Below are positions 1 through 11,200 of a stretch of DNA of 64,000 bases, piece after piece. Numbering within the stretch: the first letter of the stretch is position 1; the number at the start of each line of letters is the position of its first letter. Below the pieces are notes generated by a model, which worked only from the letters and a program-made list of their open reading frames with translations, was not told where the DNA came from and made no database searches. Source of the DNA: a virus (lineage: Duplodnaviria; Caudoviricetes); IMG/VR virus record IMGVR_UViG_3300021400_001341, positions 32,001 to 96,000 of that record. One strand, written 5' to 3'. The position numbers were made by a program, and so were the translations under genes.

Positions 1-2
1 CG

Positions 3-3000
3 GATTATCGGATTCGGCTGAAAACGGAAACAGAAACAGACTGGTATCTTATTTCTGAAGCGAAAATAACTCACGATAAGAAGTCAAAAAATGTTGAAGT
101 TACTGCTGGACATATTGCACAGCTTTTAAAAACAAAGAGTCTTGATCTTGAATTCTCAGATGAAGAAGGCAATAACACCGGAACTGCGGAACAAATTCTT
201 ACAACGATTCTTGAAGGGACCGGATGGACTATTGGACACGTTGCAGAGTTTTATGAAAACGACGGAACAACCATCAAAAAGCGTTCATTAAATGCTTCTA
301 CGAACACTGGTGCGTTTAGGCTCATTGAGGACCTTTGCGATCTTTTTGATGCAAAGCCGATCTATCACGGCGACGAAAGGGTTGTTGATATCGTTCCCAT
401 GAATCCGTTTTCGAAAGAGCTTGAGCCCGGCGAGATCCCGGAAGAAGTGTTTAATGATTTGGATGTTCTTGAGATTCACTACGATAAGAATCTGAAGAAC
501 ATTGTTCGCACGGTAAACACAGAAACGATGGTCACCAGGCTTTATGCTTATGGATCATACGGTGATGAAAACGGAATGTGTTCTATTCAGACGTGTTCTC
601 ATGAAGAATATCTTCTTTCTTCTGGCGATTATCCGGCCAGGACAGAGTTCAAGTTTGTTGATGATGATGGAGCTGCATATTATTTTATGGCAACAGATGC
701 GTTGACTTCTTCTTCCGAACTTGTTTTCAGCAAACTTGATTTCATGTCGAGAAGTTATGTGTGGAACAAAACCACAGGTAAAGCTTATCATGTTTATAAG
801 ACCAGGAAAGGGTCTCCTACTCCTCTTCCGGCAAGCAAGGAAATAAAGAAAAACTACTTCCCTTTCCTTCTTAATTTTGATTATTACAATAAGACAGGAC
901 TTCTGACTGAAAATATGTTTCAGCGTCTTGCTGCTTATCAGCAAAACATGCCGGAATATTATATTCAAAGCGAGACTTCTGCCAAGGAAATGATCGCAAA
1001 CGAACAGCTGTTAAGCGAAACGCTTGAATCAAACACTGGTATGGCAAAGCTTGCTGTAAGATCTTATGGTTCTCAGGACGGTAAACTTGTGTTAAATCTT
1101 GATACGACCAAAGGAGATCACGGCGTACTGTACAGAACTGATTATGATGAAGCAAAAAGAAACTATTTCGAATGGCATATCGCCAAACAACTTAAAGATA
1201 ACGGAGATCCTTTAACAGGAATCGGCAGTGTTGTTTATATTGTCCATAATACAGATCCTGTAACATGGGAAATTGCTTATGTTAAAAACATTATGGATGA
1301 TAATGGTAATATTTATGTTAACGGCCAAGGCGAGCCAAAGGATTTTGATTACGGTCTTGAAGATACAGAACCTGGAAGCATCGCAATATGGCTTGACAAA
1401 GGCGACTTAAACCTTTCTTCTGACGATAGGTTTTATTTGTTTTGTTCTATGTCAATGTCAGGACGGCTTTCTGCAAAACAAGTAGCAGACGAAGCTGTAT
1501 TGATGTCTCTTCAGAATGAAACAACTATTCAGACAGAAAAACATCCAACATTCTTTGCGGAAAGGAACGAGCCCGCTCCAAGCACAACGCCTGTTCAAGG
1601 TTCTTACGGTTGGTATTATAAATATTCCAACAACACTATGGATATAGGTGAACTATATTTCTGTTATGGTTCTCGTGGAGAAAACAGCTGGCATAGAGTG
1701 TATCTTCAGGAAACAGAACCAAACATTGAGAATGATGCATACTTCTTCAACTTGAAAACTAAAGCGCTGTATCATGGCGTTAATGGCGGCTGGATTAAAA
1801 TGGAGACAGCTGAAGATCAGCGGACGGCAATTCAGTTCTCTAAGGTTGCTTATTATTGCAGACGAAGAGATATGATTTACCATGGGCTTTATGAGAAATA
1901 CAGCTATACGCCTAATTTCTCAATGACAATTGGCAATTATGCTTTTAAAAGCCCTTATGAATTTTTCTGGGTTGCAACAACAGATAAAAACATTCCGCAG
2001 AACAGCTCAGTTACAGTTGATACTGTGCAAGGTTTGTTATGGCAGGATGATGATATTCAGAATGTGGTTTCGACAAAAGTCGTTTCATATGAAGCTGCTG
2101 ACTTTCCTGTATCGAACGAGCTTGATGGATTAACATATTTCCCTGGAAAGATTAATTCATCCACAGGCGTTGAAGAAGACTCTACAGGCTGGTATCGTAC
2201 AATAAACATTAAAGGATATGAAACGACTGTTTACCAGTATAATCTTCCAGATAATTCATATATTGTGTGCTACAACATCAATAAGGTTTTTAAAGGTGTA
2301 AGGTCTGCGTCTGGCACAGGAACGTTTACTACGTATGGAGATACTTACTATCTTCGCGTTGTAACACCATCTCAGCCTGGATCTTCTCATTATCTTCGCA
2401 TTAAAGATTATTCAGATTATTTATATTTAAGTAATAAGCCATATCGCATCTTAGATTTTACTGGTTACAACGGCGAGCTTGTCGGCATTAATCCTCTAAT
2501 GAAGAAATTTGCCAATCTTGCAGATACCGTGTTTGAAGTTAACTACGCAAGCCTTATCGAGGCTCAGAACGCGATTAAAGCCGCAGATAATGAACTTACA
2601 GACAGACTTGGTGACCTGTTAAGAGAAGGATACTGGCAGGAAGATAACTTTGTTGAAGGCGATGAAGACAGGCTGTATAACGATGCCATTGATAATCTTA
2701 AAGAAATTTCCAAGCCGGAAACAACATATGATATTTCTTATATCGATTTATATAGCGCAAATAGAAATCAAAATTATGCTGTTGAAGAATTGTACGATGT
2801 GGATTGGCCTGACATACAGATAACAGATGCAATCCATCTTGTTGATCCTGAAATTGAGATTAATCAATGGGCTTATATAGATGTTATCAACAAGTGTTAT
2901 GACCATCCATGGGATACAACCCTTGAGATTAACACAAAGTTGTCCCTTATTAATCAGCATGATTTTACCGATGTTCTTGCAAGGATAGCAGAAGTTGCCA

Positions 3001-5852
3001 ATGAAACAAAAGCCAAACAATCGGTGTATAAACGAGCCGCTGCTTTAAGTTCTGTCGGAACGCTTTCTTCTGAGCTGTTAAAAGGAAACATTAAAGCTAA
3101 TAAAGCACTTATTCTTGGCGGATCTTCAAACTGGTACACAGATCAAAAAGGTAACATTGTTTTTGAAGCAACCGATGGATCTGGAGCTCTTATGCTTACT
3201 GGTCACGGGATTCTTGTTGCAAGCGACAGAGACTCTTGGGGAGACTGGAACTGGCGTACAGGAATCACAGGCAAAGGAATTTCTTCTGATGAAGTTGTAA
3301 CGGCATTTCTTTCTGCAAAAGAAGCTCTTATTGGCACCATTACAACTGATATGATTCACGCTTCTGTTGGACAAGAGTTGGATATTGGCTCAAACAGGGC
3401 TTTAATGCTTTATGCCACAGTAAGCGGAGAAAGACCTGCCGGTGGAGTTAAAACCGGTCTCCATAATGCTGACGGTTCTTACTCTGAAGTTGGGCCTGAC
3501 GATTCATATATTCAAATTGGAGCCAAAGAAACAACTGGTTCTGGTGTTAATCCAGCTTATATTAACATTATGACCGGCGGCCAAATGAATGTTTATGCTG
3601 GATCTGACATGAACATAAAGTCCGGAGCTGATTTATTTGTTGAAAGCAAAGGACATTTTGAAGTTCAGTCAGGCGGCGATATGAAAATTGCAAGCGGTGG
3701 TTCTATCGATATCGTTGCAAGCGAGGCCGGTCACTTTACTGTAACATCTCCGAACTTCAACATTGCCGCAAACGGCGATACGGATATTACAGGAAAAGTA
3801 ACGGCTCTTACAGGCGAAGTCGCTGGACTGACAATAAGTTATCAGGAGAACGCTCAGCATAAAGTTATAAGGCGGTTTATGTACGCTGGAACTGATTCCA
3901 TGACTTCCGCATCACCAGGCGTTTACATCGGCACAGACGGTGTAAACCTTGGAGGTTATTTAACTGTTTCTAAGGATGGTGCTACGGCTAAGTTTGGTAC
4001 CAACACTATGAAGATTGATGCAGTTGCCGGCACAATGGATATTAACGGTGGCTCAATCAATGTTTCGGCTGACAGCACGATTAATATTACATCTGGGAAA
4101 AAGATGAAAATATCTTCAACCGGAGCTGTTGAAATCGGAACTTCCGGAAAGTTGTTTACAGTAGGATCAAACAAAACAAACGCCTATATCTATAATGGTC
4201 GTTCCACTGTTAACACTACTAATGTTGACGGTTGCTATTTCGGCACTGACGGTCTGAATATCGGTAAAGCGAGTGGAAGCTATGTTATAGCAAAACCAGA
4301 TGGAACAATTGACATCTCCGGCAAAATAACAGCATCAAGTGGATCTATTGGTGGAATTAATGTAAATAGCTCTTACGGCATTTACACCGGAGCTAAGACA
4401 TCTGCCACGTCTACAGAGTCTGGATTTTTAATCTCGAAAGACGGGGCAATTTACCTCGGTGCTTATAGTTCAACAGCTGCATCTTGTCCATTCCAAGTCT
4501 CTTCTGCTGGAGCTATGACGGCAAAAAGCGGTTCGATTGCAGGATGGACTTTTGATGCAACATCGTTAAAGGGCAATAAAACTGGTATAGCAAAAACATC
4601 CGCAGATAAAGATATTGCTTTCTGGGCTGGAAACACAACCGCATCTTCTGCAAACTTTTATGTCAGACAAGATGGATATTTGGTTGCAAAAGATATTCAC
4701 GCAAGCGGAGGAAATATCGGAACGTGGTCAATCGGTCCGAAATTGCTTTCGGCAAGCTCAGGCACGAGTTATGTAGCACTGGATGGCTCAGCAGATTTGT
4801 ATCCATTAAGTGGTCTTTCAACCCCATCCGATCATATGTATGCCATATGGGCCGGAGCGTCGTCTCCTCAAGATGCTCCATTTTCTGTTACTAAGGATGG
4901 TATTGTCACAATATCTAAACTTCGTATTAAGAAAGCAGATGACAGCTATGATGAAGTTAGTTTGAATGACTTTACTTATACGTCTGTAACAGGCGACTTA
5001 TACGACTGGAAAAAACTATTTGCCAAACTTCGTTTTCAGACAGTTCGAAGTATTTCTCAAGATTCCAACGGACGTGTCACTATCAGAGTTTCTAACAACA
5101 ATGGAGGCATAGCAAGTTGGTCTTTTAATACAGCTGCTTCAGTAACAACAAGCGGTAGCTGGAACAGCGGATCAAAAAAATTTACCGCTATGTCTTTCTA
5201 CAAATATGGTGGAAAAGATATTCAGGTTGGTGACCTAACACAAACAGATATAACGTGTTCCTGGCTTGGAGGGTCGTTGTTTGTCTTTGGCAACATTCGT
5301 ACACCAAAGTTAATAGAAACGCAATTATATCAATTTGTATTATCTGCAAATAATCCAGGTTGGGGAACAGATCACAAAAAGACATATACCGTTTCATACA
5401 CTGTTGATGGTACAACAGCGAGCACTGGTTTAAAAATAGAAGCTGATGCTTCATCTGTTTATAAGGGTGGTCATGATAATGGAGCTAAATCGGTCACGCT
5501 AAAAGGAGCTGCGGCCAGTTCCAGTGATACTGTTAATAAATCGCTTGGCTATGGTGATAAATGGATTATTCAGTCAAAGTACTTTCCAAGCGATACAAGT
5601 ATTGAATCTAACACTGGCGCAAAATATGTTGTTCAAGCTCCAAGCGATAACAAAAAAACAGGATGGGATCTTGCAAGAAAGCAATGTGTAACTCCCGAAC
5701 AAAACACTACATCTGCATCGTTTAAAGTCTTATGGCCAGGCGAATCATACGATTCTCAGGGGAGATTAAATTTTACGTTATCGAAAGGTTCAGGTAATAC
5801 AGTTGACTGCAAATGGGGCTCAACAACCGTAGCAAGGGTAACATGGACTTAA
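3..5852 (+). CDS. Large tail-tip/minor structural protein (tail endopeptidase/Tal-like N-terminus, Gly-rich beta-helix-like C-terminus); 5' end lies outside the window
   Basis: The frame of ORF 399..5852 stays open back to base 3 (DYRIRLKTETETDWYLISE...). It contains KNIVRTVNTETMVTRLYAYG, WNWRTGITGKG and GxIGG/IAGW repeats typical of siphophage tail tips. Confidence 0.75.
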   Translation, partial: DYRIRLKTETETDWYLISEAKITHDKKSKNVEVTAGHIAQLLKTKSLDLEFSDEEGNNTGTAEQILTTILEGTGWTIGHVAEFYENDGTTIKKRSLNASTNTGAFRLIEDLCDLFDAKPIYHGDERVVDIVPMNPFSKELEPGEIPEEVFNDLDVLEIHYDKNLKNIVRTVNTETMVTRLYAYGSYGDENGMCSIQTCSHEEYLLSSGDYPARTEFKFVDDDGAAYYFMATDALTSSSELVFSKLDFMSRSYVWNKTTGKAYHVYKTRKGSPTPLPASKEIKKNYFPFLLNFDYYNKTGLLTENMFQRLAAYQQNMPEYYIQSETSAKEMIANEQLLSETLESNTGMAKLAVRSYGSQDGKLVLNLDTTKGDHGVLYRTDYDEAKRNYFEWHIAKQLKDNGDPLTGIGSVVYIVHNTDPVTWEIAYVKNIMDDNGNIYVNGQGEPKDFDYGLEDTEPGSIAIWLDKGDLNLSSDDRFYLFCSMSMSGRLSAKQVADEAVLMSLQNETTIQTEKHPTFFAERNEPAPSTTPVQGSYGWYYKYSNNTMDIGELYFCYGSRGENSWHRVYLQETEPNIENDAYFFNLKTKALYHGVNGGWIKMETAEDQRTAIQFSKVAYYCRRRDMIYHGLYEKYSYTPNFSMTIGNYAFKSPYEFFWVATTDKNIPQNSSVTVDTVQGLLWQDDDIQNVVSTKVVSYEAADFPVSNELDGLTYFPGKINSSTGVEEDSTGWYRTINIKGYETTVYQYNLPDNSYIVCYNINKVFKGVRSASGTGTFTTYGDTYYLRVVTPSQPGSSHYLRIKDYSDYLYLSNKPYRILDFTGYNGELVGINPLMKKFANLADTVFEVNYASLIEAQNAIKAADNELTDRLGDLLREGYWQEDNFVEGDEDRLYNDAIDNLKEISKPETTYDISYIDLYSANRNQNYAVEELYDVDWPDIQITDAIHLVDPEIEINQWAYIDVINKCYDHPWDTTLEINTKLSLINQHDFTDVLARIAEVANETKAKQSVYKRAAALSSVGTLSSELLKGNIKANKALILGGSSNWYTDQKGNIVFEATDGSGALMLTGHGILVASDRDSWGDWNWRTGITGKGISSDEVVTAFLSAKEALIGTITTDMIHASVGQELDIGSNRALMLYATVSGERPAGGVKTGLHNADGSYSEVGPDDSYIQIGAKETTGSGVNPAYINIMTGGQMNVYAGSDMNIKSGADLFVESKGHFEVQSGGDMKIASGGSIDIVASEAGHFTVTSPNFNIAANGDTDITGKVTALTGEVAGLTISYQENAQHKVIRRFMYAGTDSMTSASPGVYIGTDGVNLGGYLTVSKDGATAKFGTNTMKIDAVAGTMDINGGSINVSADSTINITSGKKMKISSTGAVEIGTSGKLFTVGSNKTNAYIYNGRSTVNTTNVDGCYFGTDGLNIGKASGSYVIAKPDGTIDISGKITASSGSIGGINVNSSYGIYTGAKTSATSTESGFLISKDGAIYLGAYSSTAASCPFQVSSAGAMTAKSGSIAGWTFDATSLKGNKTGIAKTSADKDIAFWAGNTTASSANFYVRQDGYLVAKDIHASGGNIGTWSIGPKLLSASSGTSYVALDGSADLYPLSGLSTPSDHMYAIWAGASSPQDAPFSVTKDGIVTISKLRIKKADDSYDEVSLNDFTYTSVTGDLYDWKKLFAKLRFQTVRSISQDSNGRVTIRVSNNNGGIASWSFNTAASVTTSGSWNSGSKKFTAMSFYKYGGKDIQVGDLTQTDITCSWLGGSLFVFGNIRTPKLIETQLYQFVLSANNPGWGTDHKKTYTVSYTVDGTTASTGLKIEADASSVYKGGHDNGAKSVTLKGAAASSSDTVNKSLGYGDKWIIQSKYFPSDTSIESNTGAKYVVQAPSDNKKTGWDLARKQCVTPEQNTTSASFKVLWPGESYDSQGRLNFTLSKGSGNTVDCKWGSTTVARVTWT

Positions 5853-5866
5853 AGGAGTAAAGGAAA

Positions 5867-6223
5867 ATGAAACAGCAAAACATCGTAAACGCATACAAGG
5901 TTATTAAAAAGTATGAGAATGAGAAACTTCCTCTGGATATTTCATATGGATTTTTTAAGCTGAAAAAGCTTCTTCAGACTCAATGGGATTTTGAAGTAGA
6001 GAGAGAGAAAGCGCTTTTCGAAAAATATAACCCTGTACAGGATGATAATGGCAATCTTGTTTTTAAGACGCCTGAAGATCAGCAAGGTTTTGCAGAAGAT
6101 ATCGAAGAGCTTCTGTCTATGGATTGTGACTGGGACGAAGACAAGATTAAGATTGACTTTAATAATCGTCTTGATATGCCGATTGTTGATATTGAAGCGT
6201 TAGACGATTTTGTAACATTCTAA
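5867..6223 (+). CDS. Hypothetical phage protein (small acidic, tail region)
   Basis: 118-aa ORF with RBS AAGGA, in the tail operon. Confidence 0.6.
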   Translation: MKQQNIVNAYKVIKKYENEKLPLDISYGFFKLKKLLQTQWDFEVEREKALFEKYNPVQDDNGNLVFKTPEDQQGFAEDIEELLSMDCDWDEDKIKIDFNNRLDMPIVDIEALDDFVTF

Positions 6224-6249
6224 ATATCAAAAAGAAAGGGGATGGCTAC

Positions 6250-6858
6250 ATGTTCTTCCCTGGTGAAACAATAACTCATCGTTTTGTCATCCCGTTCGCA
6301 GCGAATGAAATTGATAAAGTAATTTTTTCTTATAAGCAGAAAGAAGCTATTATGTTTGAAAAAACTATTAAAAATGGTTTTATTGTCGAAGGAGAAAATA
6401 TTACATCAGTTGAATTTGCGCTTACGCAAGGCGAAGGCCTGCTATTTGCGGATGACGCACCTTTTACTGTTCAAGTTAACGTTTATACAAAACAAGGTAC
6501 TCGTCACACATCATACGAGCTTAATTCTTCTAGTGGTATTCAATATCTGCGTGAAGTTATAAGTCCTGAAACGTTTGCCATAGTTACACAGCCAACAAAT
6601 CAGACAGCAAATAATCTTGGGGACACGGTCACATTTAAAGTCGTTGCGAACGGTGCTGTATATTATCAATGGCAATATAGTGTTAACTCAGGAGAATGGA
6701 AAAACTGCACAGACGGTAGGAAGGAAACGCTTAATGTTGTTGCAACGCAGGAGCGCATAAACACACATACGTATCATTGTGTGCTTAAAAGCCTTTCCGG
6801 AACTACCGCTACAACTAATACGGTAAGAATATTATACACAGACAGGAGTGATGAATAA
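6250..6858 (+). CDS. Baseplate/tail protein with C-terminal Ig-like domain
   Basis: IVTQPTNQT...[13 protein letters not shown]...YHCV is an Ig I-set-like pattern. Confidence 0.6.
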   Translation: MFFPGETITHRFVIPFAANEIDKVIFSYKQKEAIMFEKTIKNGFIVEGENITSVEFALTQGEGLLFADDAPFTVQVNVYTKQGTRHTSYELNSSSGIQYLREVISPETFAIVTQPTNQTANNLGDTVTFKVVANGAVYYQWQYSVNSGEWKNCTDGRKETLNVVATQERINTHTYHCVLKSLSGTTATTNTVRILYTDRSDE

Positions 6859-8222
6859 TGGCTGAATATACGTTTTACCCAAAGTTTCAGGAATTTGTCA
6901 CTCTTTATCGTGGCGTTGTGAGAGTTTGGATCGGAAACGGAATTGATACAGGAATAGGTGGCATGCTGTATGCCGAATATATTGATGGCCTTGTTCAACA
7001 ACTTGGTTTTGTTTCAGACTATGAAGAGGCAAAGAAATACTTTGCCGATCTTGGAATCGATCTGACATATGAAGAATGGGTTGAGCGGCTTATTCAAATG
7101 CCAGAAAATGCTCACGATGCTCATGTGTCTGCCGATAATTCTGAAACTTCAAGTCAGCAATCAGAAGCATGGGCTGTTGGTCAACGCCTTGGAGTCGATG
7201 TACCGTCTACTGATCCTACACATCATAATAATGCAAAGTACTATTCTGGAACCGCAGGCACACAGGCAACAAAAAGTGCAAAATCTGCTGCCGCTGCGCT
7301 CGTCTCTGAACGGGCGGCGCAGGCGGCTCAAGGCCTCGCCGAAACGGCTCAGAATCTTGCGGAAAACGCCCAAGGCCTGGCTGAAAACGCACAATCCGCA
7401 GCTGAAACAGCTCAATCTGCAGCAGAGACAGCGCAAGGCTTAGCTGAAGATGCTCAAGCCGCTGCTGAGACTGCTCAATCATTATCCGAAACTGCTCAAG
7501 GATTAGCCGAAACGGCTCAAGAAGCTGCTGAAACTGCTCAAGGCTTAGCGGAAAAAGCTCAGTCTGCGGCTGAAACTGCTCAAAAAGCTGCGAAGACAGC
7601 ACAAACAGCAGCAGAAACCGCTCAGGGTCGAGCTGAAACTGCTCAAACAGCAGCGGAGACAGCCAGAGCTGGAGCTGAAACCGCAGAGTCAGGAGCCGAA
7701 GATTTTAAAAATTCTGCGGAAGCCTGGGCTACCGGCAAACGCGGCGGCGTGCCGGTTCAGGAAGGTGACGAGACCTACCACAACAACGCGAAATACTACG
7801 CAGACGAGATCCTGGATCTGACGGCCACGGCGGAAGGACTGCCGGCCGGATACACACCTACCACAACAGTGAGTACGACCGGGGGTCATAAAAACATCCA
7901 TTTCGGTATCCCGCAAGGAGAACGCGGCGCACAGGGCATTCAGGGACCGCAGGGCATTCAAGGACCACAGGGCGAAACTGGCCGGGCGGGACCTCAGGGA
8001 CCTCAGGGTGAACAGGGAGTTCAGGGGCCGCAGGGGGTTCAAGGTCCTGCCGGAGAAAGCGGTGTTGTTGTCAGCGGAGCAGGACTGTTCTCTCTCGTGA
8101 TGGAATCAAACGGAGATCTGTATGTCGTGTATGAAGATGCAAACACTGCTCCAAATATTGTGTATGACAGCGAAACTGGAAATATTTATTGGGAATACGA
8201 AGAAAGCGAGGCGACCGCATAA
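6858..8222 (+). CDS. Tail fibre with heptad coiled-coil repeats and collagen-like GXY segment
   Basis: About 18 AETAQxx heptads flanked by two EAWAxG...THHNNAKYY motifs, followed by GPQG repeats. Confidence 0.75.
   Translation: MAEYTFYPKFQEFVTLYRGVVRVWIGNGIDTGIGGMLYAEYIDGLVQQLGFVSDYEEAKKYFADLGIDLTYEEWVERLIQMPENAHDAHVSADNSETSSQQSEAWAVGQRLGVDVPSTDPTHHNNAKYYSGTAGTQATKSAKSAAAALVSERAAQAAQGLAETAQNLAENAQGLAENAQSAAETAQSAAETAQGLAEDAQAAAETAQSLSETAQGLAETAQEAAETAQGLAEKAQSAAETAQKAAKTAQTAAETAQGRAETAQTAAETARAGAETAESGAEDFKNSAEAWATGKRGGVPVQEGDETYHNNAKYYADEILDLTATAEGLPAGYTPTTTVSTTGGHKNIHFGIPQGERGAQGIQGPQGIQGPQGETGRAGPQGPQGEQGVQGPQGVQGPAGESGVVVSGAGLFSLVMESNGDLYVVYEDANTAPNIVYDSETGNIYWEYEESEATA
7315..7695 (+). 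repeat. Degenerate 21-bp tandem repeat encoding AETAQ(G/S/T)(L/A) heptads
   Basis: Recurring gctgaaactgctcaa-like units; boundaries approximate. Confidence 0.8.
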
Positions 8223-11200
8223 TGGCTACAGTAAGAAAACTTATCGGCAACGTTCGTGGTCCGCAGGGAGTTCAGGGGCCTCAGGGGATTCAAGGAATTC
8301 AGGGGCCGACTGGACCTACCGGACCCACCGGGCCTGTAGGTCCTACTCCAAATATTACGATCGGCACCGTAGAGGATGTGCCGCATGATTCCCAGGCATC
8401 CGCCACAATAACAGGAACGCCAGAAAACCCGGTACTGAATTTGCGGCTTCGGAGCGGCGCCGGTGGAAACGAAACTATCGACGATACTGCCGGGATCGGA
8501 GACACAGATCTTGTATGGTCTGCTGACAAAACCGCAAAAGAAACCGACAAAAAGATCAACAGGGAATATGAGATTGGCTTTGTCGAAAAAACGTGGAACG
8601 GATTGACAGATTTCGATAGTCATGGTATTTGGCGTGATGGAAACAATGTTTATTACAGTTACGGATCAGACCAATACGTATTGGATAAGTCCACCTCCAC
8701 ATGGAGTCCAAAGACATGGAATGGATTGAGTAATTTTGATGCCTCTAATGTTTGGTATGATGGGGATAATACCTATTATAGCGACAGAACGAACCAGTAC
8801 ATATTGGATAAGTCCACCTCAACATGGAGTCCGAAGACGTGGAACGGGCTTAACTCGTTTTACGGTTATGACGTGTGGACCGACGGAGAAAATGTTTACT
8901 ACAGTAATAGAACAGATCAGTATGTGTTGAACAGATCTACCTCCACCTGGAGTACAAAGACGTGGAACGGATTAACTGATTTCAGTGGGGAATGGAGCTG
9001 GACCGACGGCGAGAACATTTATTACGATAACGGCTCAACGTATTATGTTCTCGATAAGGCCACTTCTACATGGAACGTTAAAGTATGGAACGGACTCGAT
9101 GAAGTTGCCAGAGCTGATGTGTGGACTGACGGAGAGAATATTTACTACAGTCATCGTGATTATACTCAGCAGATTCATCATTATGTTTTGGACAAAGCTA
9201 CATCGACGTGGTATACCAAAGCGTGGCCTGAACCTACAGATTTTATTGGTATGAATATTTGGACAGATGGGAAGAATGTTTACTACAGCAGAACTCCTAT
9301 TCATTATGTCCTAAAAGATGACCAATTTCTTTTAATCGGCAAGCACGGATCTTTTAAGTCCAAAACCGCAGAATCTTTCATTAAGGATACTGTGATCAAC
9401 GACACCGCCGGAGCCGGGGATACGCACAAGGCGTGGAGTGCGGATAAGACTCTATCAGAGTTGAATAAGAAGGCAGACCCGATATACAAGACCATCAATA
9501 CTCCGTCCGCCATCGTCAGTTTTAACGACGGAGCAGACGATCTGTCGATAAAAGAGATGCGAATTGCTATCGAGCCTGTGCAGGCTGGGAGCGGGACAGT
9601 TTCCACAGCGAATGTGCGGAATATTACTGGATGGACTGGATGCAATATCACCGTATCCGGCGATGAGGATTCTGTCGCATATCCAATTACCTTCCCCACT
9701 GAGGCTGGAACCGTATACGGAGGAGAGCTGACAATCTTTAAGGATGGATCAGCGCAGCTGGTTGTGGATCGGATGATCCTAAACTACGACGGGCAAATGA
9801 AACAGGTAGATGGAAGCCTGGTTCCTGAAGGCTGGGCGCTGAATGTTAGCATGAACTCCGGCGAGTACAATTATTTCAGCAACACATATAAAGGGGCCGA
9901 ACGGTTTATCAACAGCAGCGAAAAAAGACCTATTTGCAATGAGATGCAGGCTACTATTATAGAATTCGACAGATTAGTACTCGGCATATCCATTGTAAAC
10001 AACCAGGACATTCTCATCCGCTATTCGTCAGACAATACTCTGAACGTTTCCGACCTTGAGACATGGCTCGGACAGCATCCTTTACAGATTGTCGCATGGC
10101 TGACGGATGCGAGTAAAAAGACATATACCTTTACAGCAAGTCAGGTTCTGACGATTCTAGGAAATAACAGCATCCAAGCGGACACCGGGAGCATCAACCT
10201 GCTGACCTATCCAGTTGACAGTACAATTGCGCATGCTGAAACGCAGCAGGAGTTTTCTTCTTTGATCTCCTTAAAAGGACAACCGAACGGAATAGCGGAG
10301 CTGGACGCTGAAGGCATTGTTCCGGTGGATCAGCTGCCTCCGATCGCATCGCCGGTAGACATGGAAACAACGGTCGAAAACTCGGCTACGCTGACGCTTA
10401 CGGACGCGATTGATTTTGCCGCGCTGCATGGGGTCCGTGCGAAAGTTTTGCCGAGGCAGCCTCTAGGCGGCTACGACAAGCCGTGGGGGCCAGGGAAGGG
10501 ACGGAATAAGCTCGACCCAAGCCAATACAGTGGGGCAACCAGTTATGGTGTAAATTTTTCAAAAGATTCGGACGGAAATCTGTCCATTTACGGCACTTCA
10601 CGCGTAATCGGAGAGACCAAGCTTGGCGAAGTCACACTTCCTGCAGGAAATTATATCTTGTGTACGAACTGCGCACTCGACGCTGGTGTTATGCTTCGCA
10701 ACTCTAGCGGTGGTACCATGATTGCCGAGTCTTATGGAGCGATGGGCCATTATTTCTCAATCGGAGCTCAAACAAAGTTCTATCTTTACGGTATATTCAA
10801 GTCTATAAGATTTTACAATGCGAAAATAAACCCGATGATCTTGTTGGATCAATCGGATCGTGATTATGAGAAGTGGGAGCCGTATTCCAACATCTGCCCG
10901 ATCACAGAGATGAGCGCGGGCGCTCCGACATTGACCGCATCCGGGAACGCCCCATGGGGCTTTGTCGGAAGCAACGTAGGGATCTACGGCTGCGAGGTGG
11001 AAGGCGTACCGGGCGGCAGTGGCGTACTGCGGGTGACCCACAAGTCGATTGCCTCATATGCTGGAGAGATGCTGAACGGACGCTGGTGGAGCTCCTATGA
11101 GTTTTATGCGGATGGCACTACACCCACAACCGGTGCACAGGTAGTTTACGAGCTTGCAGAACCGGAGGAAATCACGATCACAGTGTCGGAGATGCGTGTG